A stretch of DNA of 56,923 bases, the filler included, from Sphacelaria rigidula (lineage: Eukaryota), in the NCBI GenBank assembly GCA_964200075.2. It is 6 parts of 6 records of this genome, joined end to end, with 100 filler letters (N's around TTAATTAATTAA, not from the genome) between each part and the next. Parts side by side here need not be neighbours in the genome. Positions count along the whole stretch, not along the records: positions 47,521 to 56,923 come from CAXNAA020008584.1; 5 more parts are not named here. One strand, written 5' to 3'. The notes under the pieces are model-generated. The model did not search any database, had not been told where the DNA came from, and saw only the letters and a list, made by a program, of their open reading frames with translations. This document shows, one piece after another, positions 47,521 through 56,923 of the stretch. A program made the translations under genes and the position numbers. How positions within the stretch are numbered: position 1 is the first letter of the stretch; each line of letters starts with the position of its first letter.

Positions 47521-48671
47521 GTGCTCCGTCCCGGCATTGTAGGGATGCGAGGTCAATGGTCTTATGACTATGGCATGCATGATCATGAGTACTACAACAC
47601 GGATGAAATGGACACTGCGATTCATTGGCAGCCAAAACCTCAGGAGACCCTTACTTGCTCTGACACAAGACCCTGTCGAAGCGGAATAGGGAGAACGATC
47701 AAAAAGACATCAGCCCGGCACATGTTATTGTCGAGTTTTCCTTTTCAGAAAGCTGCCGAAATACGATTTTTTCTCGCTTGTTTGTCCGCAAACCCAAGTA
47801 AAGCGCCGCGCATGACCCCCGTTATTACCCCCGTGTGGGCCATACATGAATATGACTCCCGTACTACGCCGGTGCGCGTCTTCTGCTTGTCTCCATTAGG
47901 GCATTGACAAGAACATTCGGTGGTCAGATATGAGCACACTTCGACAAGAGTAAACATTGAACAGCGAAGGATGTCATAGAGCTGTCCACTACCGCTCGAT
48001 CGAACACAGCGGGTACGTGTATCAACGTTCACGGCACAGTGCCCAACTCAATTCTGCACGAAGATTCAATCCGACTGCATAACCCCCGCCCTCCCCGAAC
48101 GCCAGGGTAGCACTGACTCAGAGACGGAAGCAATCTGGCGTAGGACTGGAATGGGGAGCATCCAGGGATCCCGTGCAGCACCCCTCGTAGGTTGCAGTCG
48201 CCCATCCCGTCTCCACTCAAAATCCCGTAGCAGCCCATCTCAGACACGGAGTGCTAAATGGACCGGGAGCAAACAAAACCTGCCCCACACGGCCTCAGGG
48301 GAAATTCAAATGGAATCAACAGAATAAAGCTTCCACGTAAAAGATAATCCGTCTCTACCCCATCTTTGCACTCTCGTTCAGACATCCTTCTCTACTTTGT
48401 GTTGACTTGGAACCACTAATTACTGCCCAACCTTCCTCCGCTCAATTTTCATTTCTTGTTTTAATCTTGGACCGTCAGTCAACATGGATGTCCGTGTCTA
48501 CTGTATCACCCCTGTTCCTTCTCCCACATTCGGAATATGCCGCAGACACCTTTACGAATTATTTTGCGGTCTACAGAGAATGCTACCTGCTGATGAGACT
48601 CCGCCCGCCGCACACAGATGCCTCACTCGCACCATAGCTTTGCCGAAAATTACCCGATTGAAAAGCGTGCA

Positions 48672-51341
48672 TCAACCTACCTGTCTCGCTGGTGGGAAAG
48701 GGCCAGACACGTGACGAGAGGGACGGAACACGTCCAATTCGAGCTTAACGTCCGTTTCCTCCTTTTCAGGTATTATATCTTCTCCCGCCGCCACATCAAG
48801 CGCTGACTCGACACCTACCGTCCGGTGTAACCGCATTGTGTCATTTCCATCGGTGATACCACAAATCCAGCTCCCGTGTATAGTCGCGCCGCGGGAGCGG
48901 CCAACCGCCATGCTGTCGCAGCTATTAAATCGAGCAGTAACCAGTTTGCTACTTCTTGACCCGCCATGAACTCGCGCAGGCGCAATCGTCGTCTCCATTT
49001 TCATGTTCATGCGAGCTTCTGCCTCACCTTGAGGAACACTATGTGCTGTTACCGCGCCAGCCAGCTGTCCCGAGGTGGCAGGAAACGTGGCCATGGAATC
49101 CTCATCCAATTGCCTAGCACGATTGGCACACGAGCTCCGGCGAAAATCAGCGCTACGACCGTCATCATTCGTCGTAGGACCGGCATCCGATGTGCGGCTG
49201 GATCTTCCATGTCGTCCATCAATACTGACGCCAGTCTCTTCTACGGCTACGTCATCGTTCGGGTATTTTGTTACCCTGACATGCCCTGCAGCATCAGACG
49301 CCATAGCCAAGTGATGTGCGATATGATGGCCAGTACTACGTTGCTCTGCCACCCGGTTCGACCAGCGCTGTGAGGCGCGTTCGTTGCCGTGCATGACAAT
49401 CATTCCTGCGCGGGTGTGTGTGGCAGAGGACTCAGCCTTACTGTCGACGGCTGCACTGAACGATGGGTTCTCGGAGCAGTCCTCCTCGTTGTACTGCTTG
49501 CTTACCACATCAACCATACCCGCTAGGGCGTGTGTTGCACAGTACTCCGCCTTCCTGCTATCGGCTGTACCGAACGATGGTCGTGTGGAGCAGCCCTCCT
49601 CGCTGCAACGCTTGTTGGTCGATCCGACCATGCCTGCTCGGGCGTGTGTGGCGCAGTACTCCGTCCTTCTGCTACCGGCTGCATCGAACGATGGGTACGT
49701 GGAGCAGCCCTCCTCGCTGCAACGCTTGTTGGTCGATCCGACCATGCCTGCTCGGGCGAGTGTGGCGCAGTACTCCGTCCTTCTGCTACCGGCTGCATCG
49801 AACGATGGGTACTTGGAGCAGCCCTCCTCGCTGCAACGCTTGTTCGTCGCACCGACCATGCCTGCTCGGGCGTGTGTGGCGCAGTGGTCCGCCTTTCTGC
49901 TGCCAGCTACACCGAGCGAAGGGTGTTTTGAGCAACCCTTCTCGCCGCACCGCTGGCTTTGTGCATCGACCATGTCCGCTCGGGCGTGTGTGGCGCAGTA
50001 CTCCGCCTTCCCGCTGCCGGCAACACCGAACGAAGGGTGTTTTGAGCAACCCTTCTCACCGCACCGCTTGCTTCGTACATCGACCATGCCCGCTTGGGCG
50101 TGAGTGACGCAGTACTCCGCCCTCCTGCTACCGGCTGCACCGAACGATGGTTGTGTTGAGTAGCCCTTCTCGCCGCACCTCGTACGTGGTGCTTTGGCGA
50201 TTTCCGCTTGGATAGGTGTGGCACAGTACCGCGCCCTCTTGACAATGGCTGCACCGAATGAAGGGGACTTCGAGCAGTCCTCATCGTTGTACCGCTTGCT
50301 TTTCACATCATCAATGCCCTCTCGGGCGTGTGTGGCGCAGTGATCCGCCTTCGTACCACCAGTTGCAGCGGACAATGGTTGCGTGGAGGAACCCTTCTCG
50401 CCGCACCGCTGGCTTCGTGCATCGACCATGCCCACTCGGGCGTGTGTGGCGCAGTACTTCGCCCTCCTGCTACCGGCTGCACCGAACGAAGGGTGTTTTG
50501 AGCAGCCCTCCTTCGCGCACCGCTTGTTTTTCACGTCAACCATGCCCGTTCGGGCGTGTGTGGCGCAGTACTGCGCCCTCCTGCTACCGGCTGCACCGAA
50601 CAAAGGGTATTTCGAGCAGCCCTCCTCGCTGCACGGCCTGTGCGCTACATTGACCATGTCCGCTGGGGCGTGTTTAGAGCAAAACTCCGCCTTACTGCCA
50701 CCGGCTGCACCGAACGATGCGCGTGTGGAACAACCCTCCTTCGCGCACCGCTTGTTTTTCATGTCAACCATGCCCGTTCGGGCGTGTATGGCGCAAAGCT
50801 CCGCCTTACTGCCACCGGCTGCACCGAACGAAGGGTGTTTTGAGCAGCCCTTCTCGCCGCACCGCTGGCTTCGTGCATCGACCATGCCCGCTCGGGCGTG
50901 TGTGGCGCAGTACTCCGCCCTCCTGCTACCGGCTGCACCGAACGAAGGGTGTTTTGAGCAGCCCTTCTCGCCGCACCGCTTGCTTCGTACATCGACCATG
51001 CCCGCTCGGGCGTGTGTGGCGCAGTACTCCGCCCTCCTGCTACCGGCTGCACCGAACGAAGGGTGTTTTGAGCAACCCTTCTCGCCGCACCGCTTGCTTC
51101 GTACATCGACCATGCCCGCTTGGGCGTGGGTGACGCAGTACTGCGCCCTCCTGCTACCGGCTGCACCGAACAAAGGGTATTTCGAGCAGCCCTCCTCGCT
51201 GCACGGCCTGTGCGCTACATTGACCATGTCCGCTGGGGCGTGTGTAGCGCATACCTCCGCCTTACTGCCACCGGCTGCACCGAACGATAGTTGTGTTGAG
51301 CAGCCCTTTTCGCCACACCTCGTGCGTAATGCGTTGACCAT
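48672..51341 (-). CDS. EsV-1-7 domain (C-X4-C-X16-C-X2-H) repeat protein, 17 repeats plus low-complexity C-terminus
   Basis: 889-aa ORF with 38-aa units such as MVDVRSKRCGEKGCSKHPSFGAAGSRRAEYCATHARAG, matching the cysteine-rich EsV-1-7 motif expanded in brown algae. Two more degenerate units lie upstream beyond an in-frame TAA. Confidence 0.9.
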   Translation of the reverse strand: MVNALRTRCGEKGCSTQLSFGAAGGSKAEVCATHAPADMVNVAHRPCSEEGCSKYPLFGAAGSRRAQYCVTHAQAGMVDVRSKRCGEKGCSKHPSFGAAGSRRAEYCATHARAGMVDVRSKRCGEKGCSKHPSFGAAGSRRAEYCATHARAGMVDARSQRCGEKGCSKHPSFGAAGGSKAELCAIHARTGMVDMKNKRCAKEGCSTRASFGAAGGSKAEFCSKHAPADMVNVAHRPCSEEGCSKYPLFGAAGSRRAQYCATHARTGMVDVKNKRCAKEGCSKHPSFGAAGSRRAKYCATHARVGMVDARSQRCGEKGSSTQPLSAATGGTKADHCATHAREGIDDVKSKRYNDEDCSKSPSFGAAIVKRARYCATPIQAEIAKAPRTRCGEKGYSTQPSFGAAGSRRAEYCVTHAQAGMVDVRSKRCGEKGCSKHPSFGVAGSGKAEYCATHARADMVDAQSQRCGEKGCSKHPSLGVAGSRKADHCATHARAGMVGATNKRCSEEGCSKYPSFDAAGSRRTEYCATLARAGMVGSTNKRCSEEGCSTYPSFDAAGSRRTEYCATHARAGMVGSTNKRCSEEGCSTRPSFGTADSRKAEYCATHALAGMVDVVSKQYNEEDCSENPSFSAAVDSKAESSATHTRAGMIVMHGNERASQRWSNRVAEQRSTGHHIAHHLAMASDAAGHVRVTKYPNDDVAVEETGVSIDGRHGRSSRTSDAGPTTNDDGRSADFRRSSCANRARQLDEDSMATFPATSGQLAGAVTAHSVPQGEAEARMNMKMETTIAPARVHGGSRSSKLVTARFNSCDSMAVGRSRGATIHGSWICGITDGNDTMRLHRTVGVESALDVAAGEDIIPEKEETDVKLELDVFRPSRHVSGPFPPARQVG

Positions 51342-51545
51342 GTCCGCTTGGGCGTGTGTGGCGCAGTATTCCGCCTTCCTGCCAATGGCTGCACCGAATG
51401 AAGGGGACTTGGAGCGTCCTCCTTACACACCGCCAGCTACTATATCAACCCTGCCCGCTGACAGGTGTGCAGCGTAGTATTCCGCCTTTCTGCTACTCAA
51501 GACGGCATATGATGCCGTTGTGGTGCAACCCGTGCGAATGCATCC
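49404..51545 (-). repeat. 114-bp coding tandem repeat, about 19 units
   Basis: 114-nt periodicity of (ACCATGCC…GGGCGTGTGTGGCGCAGTACTCCGCC…CCGGCTGCACCGAACGA). Confidence 0.95.
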
Positions 51546-52955
51546 AATTGCCGTTCCCTCCAAGACAATACCAGAAAAGGTGTCAGGGCCGCGTTGGTTT
51601 CACTGCTGCTGCTGCTATGATCCACAACGTCCCAAGTCGGTCCACGGAGACAAACTCACCAATCCAGCAGCAGCCTGTGGCAACCAGTTAGCAAAGGTCA
51701 ACTAAGATCGTGCTCATGTGAACGGTAAATATACTGTCATCATCGTATCGCGGTCACAAATAGACACGCGGACTGGAGTGAACGGACAAGGCAACCGTGG
51801 ACTGGCCAGGTGACGATGATTGCTGCTCCAGCACGGTCGCCACAGGGTGAAAGGCACTTTCTCGAGAAAAAGAATACCGCCGATACTGTTATTGCAGCGC
51901 GTCGGGACGACTGAAGCACAGGAAGATATCTTCAAATCAGGACATGCACTGTAATCTTGTGTGCCGAGGTCGCTTACATGGTTCTTCTGCACATCAGTGC
52001 TCAAAACATGACACACTAACGACGACTGTGCTCTATGCCCCTCATAATGAGGGGATACACAGGCTAGACGCTCACTTCATGCCAGTGTCATCCCTTTGCA
52101 ATAAACGGTTGACGCCGAAAGTCCCCGCCAGGCAATTGAGGAAAGACATGTGCAGCATACGCCGATTCATCACGTGTTTAGAATAGTGTCATGCGCTGTT
52201 GGAACATATAAAGCTATCCTGTGTCGGTAGGCAAAGGGTGCCCCACACTGGGTGTAGAGTCTGTGTGCAGTGACCGAGGGATGACGTATGCTGGTGCACC
52301 CGCGATACAGCCCTCGCTAGGAGGCATGATAACAGCAAGCTGCGCTCGAATCAGTAGCTCCCGTCTAGGCTTCTACTTATTATGCTAGTTAGGTCATATC
52401 CAACAAGGATGTCATGTTCGACCGAATACAGACCCAACGATCACCGTATTCATATTATATACAAAGTACTACATACCTGGATTAGTATGATTGAATGTCG
52501 TATTTTCCTATCTCATACACGGTGCATCATTGTATATCATCGCGCTCTGTAAGCACTGCTTCTTATGCTATATGCCGCTCCCCCACTGCCGCATAGACAA
52601 GACATATGGCAGGCAACCTGCTCATTCGAATATCCATCACAACCTGGCACGATGAGTGCACGTTGTACACATGCTGCGAAGGCCGATGCAGAGGCACCTC
52701 GTCACCACCCTCAAAATGACAGGTAACGAAATCACGTGATGTGTTCCGTCGTTGCCTGCTCCATGCGGATGAACTCGTGTCCAAGGACAACGACAAACGA
52801 AAAACTGCCATTTACTTGATAAACGATTTTAAGATCGATTGTCTCGCATGAGCCAATCCGCTTCGAATCCAGTCGAGGTCAAAATGGGTACAACCCAGGA
52901 AACAAGGTGCGAAGAAGGAGACATGAATGGGTATAAATGGGCAAAAGTACTGGAA

Positions 52956-53062
52956 TGTGTGTGTGTTGTCGTCCCATATATTCTGGACACCGACCTACAC
53001 CTTTCGGTATATGTGGGCGATTCAGACGGGGTTAAACAGGAGGAAGGCCAACACAGATTTTC
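52956..53062 (-). repeat. Dispersed short retroposon-like repeat, copy 4
   Basis: tgtgtgtgtgttgtcgtcccatatattctggacaccgacctacacctttcggtatatgtggg…caggaggaaggccaacacag. Confidence 0.75.
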
Positions 53063-53574
53063 TTTTTATTTGCTTTAGCACAGGCTGGTGCGCCCAAAAA
53101 GCTCACTTGCTTTCAGGACCTGACGATGTATCGCGAGTTGTGCCCACCATGACACATCGTGATAATCGGCAAATCAGCGCGCGTCTTCAAGCCCTTGTAG
53201 CACTACGATCCCACAAGATCTCATCAAACGGAATACCAAACTGTAGTCAAGTGCGAAAGTGTAGAGGGTTGAGTGTACCATGTGCGGCGGTATGAGCCGA
53301 AAGAAAACGAATTTGGATTTTCGGTGACAGTCGGTTGTGACGCGTGGTGCCGCACAAGCTACGATCATACAGCAACACATGTCGCACGAGGCACGCAGTA
53401 TCCAAGATGGCATGCAGACGAGGCCCCCAGTGCGCCAAGGCGTCTAGTAGTAGTGTGCGAACCAACGAGAGGGTTGTGAAGACCTCCGAGCCGAAAGTAG
53501 AAGAAGGCAAGTCAAAGGTGAACTTCCGGCCGAGGTTCCATCTCCACATAGGAACCGGATAACGAGAGAATGAC

Positions 53575-53850
53575 GCAATTCCCGAGCTCAATTCTCAGTT
53601 GTTTCCGATGAAATTCTGACATGATGGACAGCAAGTATGTGCAAACACCCTTTCTCACTTTTTATTTTTATTTCGTGACTCACTGGCAACGGAACAATTC
53701 TAAACAGTTTTGCGGCACAAAATTGCCAATAACTCACGAAGAAAGGAAAAAAACAAACACGGGGGGTACAAAGCGGTCATCCCACATACGTCTTGTGCAT
53801 CGACGTGTCAAAATTTCATCGAAATAGACTTAAAATTAGACAGCATTATT
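53575..53850. mobile_element. Degenerate palindromic MITE, relative of 53915-54203
   Basis: TTCCGATGAAATTCTGACA is mirrored by TGTCAAAATTTCATCGAAA. The core ACAAAATTGCCAATA.CTCACG is shared with ~54070-54092. Confidence 0.6.
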
Positions 53851-53914
53851 GCGATTGAATTACTCGTGGCTGGTCCATGTCCATATACTATAGGAACCGG
53901 TTCACGACAGAGGA

Positions 53915-54203
53915 ACGCGAGTCGTGCGCTCAACTTTGAATCGTTTCCGTAGAAAGTTTCGACACGGTACAGGACGTATGTACGAAGAGCCAACCTCCCC
54001 TTCCCCCATGTTTTTTATTTTCCTTCCTCGTGAGTTTTTGGCGACGGAATATTCCAGAACAGTTTCTGGGAACAAAATTGCCAATATCTCACGGAGAAAA
54101 AAAAAAAAGCATGGGGGGAAACGTTGGGGCTTCTCAAATACGTCATGTACAACGTGTCAAATTTGTATCGAAAATGATTCAAAATTGAGCCCACGACTCG
54201 CGT
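53915..54203. mobile_element. Palindromic MITE
   Basis: ACGCGAGTCGTGCGCTCAACTTTGAATCGTTT is mirrored by AAATGATTCAAAATTGAGCCCACGACTCGCGT. Confidence 0.7.
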
Positions 54204-54204
54204 G

Positions 54205-54468
54205 TCATCACTCCTGATCGCATCTTCGGCGGACCAGCCTGTACTCCATCTTCCTTCGGCGGTGCTTGCCTTCCAAGCTCTTTTCGCGACGGGGGTTCAG
54301 CGGTCCCTTTCACTCGTCGACCGTCAAGTTAGATCATGTGTACCCACGACATGATCGCCCTCCACTGTTGAGCATTGTGTGCGAAAGATCCCAGATCACT
54401 CCGAGATTCGAACCCACGACCCGACCGTCAGAAGGTTTCGGGGTTACCATCTGAGCCACCGGGTGACC
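54205..54468 (-). mobile_element. tRNA-derived SINE
   Basis: Minus-strand head GGTCACCCGGTGGCTCAGATGG (A box) … GGGTTCGAATCTC (B box), followed by a ~190-nt non-tRNA body ending in TGATGA. Confidence 0.82.
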
Positions 54469-56480
54469 AGTAGACAAGAAGAATCAAGTAGCCAAAGTAA
54501 AACCAAAACACGAGGGGAGGAAAAATGGGGAGCGCTCACCTAACAGCTTCTGCGGGCTGTACGCCGTGCGCTGTGTACTACAGACTACAGACCCTACAGT
54601 ACATTGTGCGTGTTGATGGTCTGTATCGTGTACACGTATTTCAGACCCGCGGTCGACGATAGAAACGTTTTCTGCCCAAACTTTCACAGCATGCCAGCAT
54701 TTGGACCAGTGCTCCCGCCCCTAAGGTGAAAAATTATGCTCATTTATGCTCATCGCGTGGAAATGATGCCCAAGTATGCAGTTTGCTGAAACACTATGCC
54801 ATTTTTTTTACCAAGGTGCAATTATGCCAGAAATTATGCTCGCATAATAAATACAAGCCTAAACTCACCATGGAAATATTTTTGGTTCGTTTTTTTTTCC
54901 CGTGCTTGACACTCGTCCACACGCTTCTTTCAAGCCATCGGTTACTGTATTCCAACCAGAATTGACGATTCTACCGTGAAATAGTCGTTCAAAGTTATAC
55001 CCCGAGCCAGCCCTACGGTAACGTCCTATAGTCATGGATATCACGGAATCACTGATCACGGAAATATTTCCTTCCGTTTCTTTCTCCTGCGTGACACCCT
55101 TTTTGAAGCAGTTCTTCCAAGCTTTAGCTCGTTTCCGTCGCCCAAATAAAGAAAAATGGCGTTGAGCTTTCACCAACTATGCGCCACGGTAATACGTGAA
55201 ATGAGGATCCGATGTTGTATACTGTCATGTTCCCGTGGTGCCATACCAACCACATCAGCAGAGGGTGGACCGATCAAGCAGCCAGCGATCAGAAACGAGC
55301 TATTCAACTTTGTCAACACAGTAGAAGCGTGCCGCGGGGAAAACATTCCCTACATAACAACCAAGTCATTCCGCGGAGAGGCAAACAAAACACGGATGCT
55401 GTATCCGTATCTGCATCCTTCCGGGGTATCTCTCACGTGACTGTTACGGGTGCGCCTGTCCCCCCAAAATGGGCATGAAAAGTGTCACCGACCCATATCG
55501 CGGACAGACAAAAACATATTGAGTTGTGGGGCTTATCTACGCTCGTCGGGTAAAATGTGCCTCACGTAATCGGAATAGAACGACATGGATCCGAAAGTCA
55601 TACAAGTATCGAGAAAAAGTAGACTGCATTCTAAAATCAGAACCCTATCGTCGTTATTTCCGCTGTTGTTCCTCATATACTGCATGCCACTGCGTCGCAT
55701 TTCGTCCGCGCTTGCGATACGCTGGAATGCCAGGAGGCGTGTTGTGTTGACCCAACCCAGCGCACACTGACAACCCTCGGGCAAGGGTGGTATATACATT
55801 CCATAAACAAAGGGTGGCCTTGGTGGACCCTAAATCGGCGCCGGTAGCGCCGATTTTGACGAAAACGCGTTCCGCGCACGGGACTGCCAGCCCTACTAAA
55901 ATTTCGATTGTCGTTGTCCACACTCAAATCAAGTAAAATCAACTGTGTACACTTGTAGCCCAACGCGGGCAACTGAAATCAGAACGCTGAACCATTTGGG
56001 GGGGGGGGGGGGGGGGGGGGGCGATATGTAAGAACAAAAAGGACATGCACATAACATAAAAACAGACACAAGCAACACAGTAAATCAAAAAGANNNNNNN
56101 NNNAGGAGTCGTGCGCACGATGGGTGCGGGGGGAGAGGGTGTGGTTTCGGGGAGTGTGGGTGGGGGGGGGGTGGGGGGGGGGGGGGGGGGTGCGGATCGA
56201 AATTGGGACAACATCATGTGCTCAACATGCGACAGAGCCGTACGTACTGACGAACTTAAAAGAGGACGGTCCTTACACAGCCGAGCGGAGTACAGAAAGT
56301 CGCCGGGTGTGTGATGTGGGCTGAGCCGACGTTGGTCGATGACCTCGTCATGTGTTGAGGAGCTTGATTTGTGAGATGCGATCGTTCCATAATTTTGGCG
56401 GATGAATGACTCGCCCTGTGAAAGTATATTTGTTGTTCCGTGGGCATGGCTTTTCATTTCATAAATATGCATAATATTAA

Positions 56481-56572
56481 GCCCTTGACCGCGAGGGTTG
56501 GTCATCTGCTGAATCGGCATCAATTTTCGCTTGAGAAAAATATGCATGGTCAAGATGGACTGCTCTAGGGGT
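56481..56572. mobile_element. Second, more decayed copy of the 98-bp TTAA MITE (opposite orientation)
   Basis: TTAA-GCCCTTGACCGCGAGGGTTGGTCATCTGCTGAATCGGCATCAATTT is the reverse complement of 13871-13919. Confidence 0.7.
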
Positions 56573-56923
56573 TTATCGGACGCCAAAGATCTTGTGTTCC
56601 AAGAGGGAAGGAAAACAAACCGTCGCCCGTCACCCCCCAGCGCCGATAAAACAGATGCGTGTACCATCACGGTGGGTGCACTGGAAGGCATGAATGTGAC
56701 TTCAGCAAAAGTCGGCCGACGACTTTGCGCTGCGTTACGTCTTGACGCAGTATAGTTCACGATTCGGGAGGGTGAGTTGATCCATATTGATATTAGTGTG
56801 GACACCGAAATCCGAATCTTTCACAGGCACCGTAGGTAAGGTAGGTACCCGGTACCGGTATTTGGAACATATCATACCCTACCTATACCGACCCAATCCG
56901 GTATTTTGAAATGCTATACCTAC

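Noticed and set aside
32477-51341. Apparent cluster of GT31 fusion, GT2-like gene and virus-related EsV-1-7 gene as one glycosylation or endogenous-virus locus
   Set aside because: The three genes lie on three different contigs joined only by artificial spacers, and no NCLDV core genes (capsid, polB, A32) are visible.
49384-51477. Long plus-strand ORFs (364 aa, 239 aa) antisense to the EsV-1-7 gene
   Set aside because: Shadow frames of a GC-rich 114-bp coding repeat, with no independent evidence.
54395-54468. tRNA gene
   Set aside because: A and B boxes are present, but there is no convincing cloverleaf or poly-T terminator, and the sequence continues into a SINE body.
55832-55856. Perfect 10-bp hairpins (here and at 28383-28410) as terminators
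   Set aside because: Eukaryotic DNA with no associated gene; most likely transposon-internal palindromes.
55939-56805. 288-aa minus-strand ORF
   Set aside because: It spans Ns, poly-G runs and a MITE, and has no domain or coding signature.

Overview
Eukaryotic, repeat-rich genomic DNA, most likely from a brown alga (Phaeophyceae), judged from an EsV-1-7 repeat gene, long introns and Ectocarpus-like retroelements. The window is not one locus. It is six unrelated contigs of 9405, 9404, 9404, 9404, 9403 and 9403 bp, sorted by size and joined by artificial 100-nt spacers (44N-TTAATTAATTAA-44N). Contig 1 holds the 5' part of a degenerate Ty3/gypsy element (LTR, PBS, long gag, protease, RT, RNase H) interrupted by two MITEs. 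Contig 2 holds a decayed Ty1/copia relic and a dense cluster of MITE/foldback elements. Contig 3 holds a ~238-bp satellite in inverted blocks with Helitron-like ends. Contig 4 holds a truncated RTE-like LINE and a 2-kb exon encoding a GT31 galactosyltransferase domain fused to a Maf/DUF115-like (sialyltransferase-fold) domain, which is the most interesting coding feature. Contig 5 holds an intron-containing GT2-like glycosyltransferase gene with motifs reminiscent of giant-virus enzymes. Contig 6 holds an EsV-1-7 zinc-finger repeat gene and a tRNA-derived SINE. Family assignments are motif recognition by eye, not database searches.
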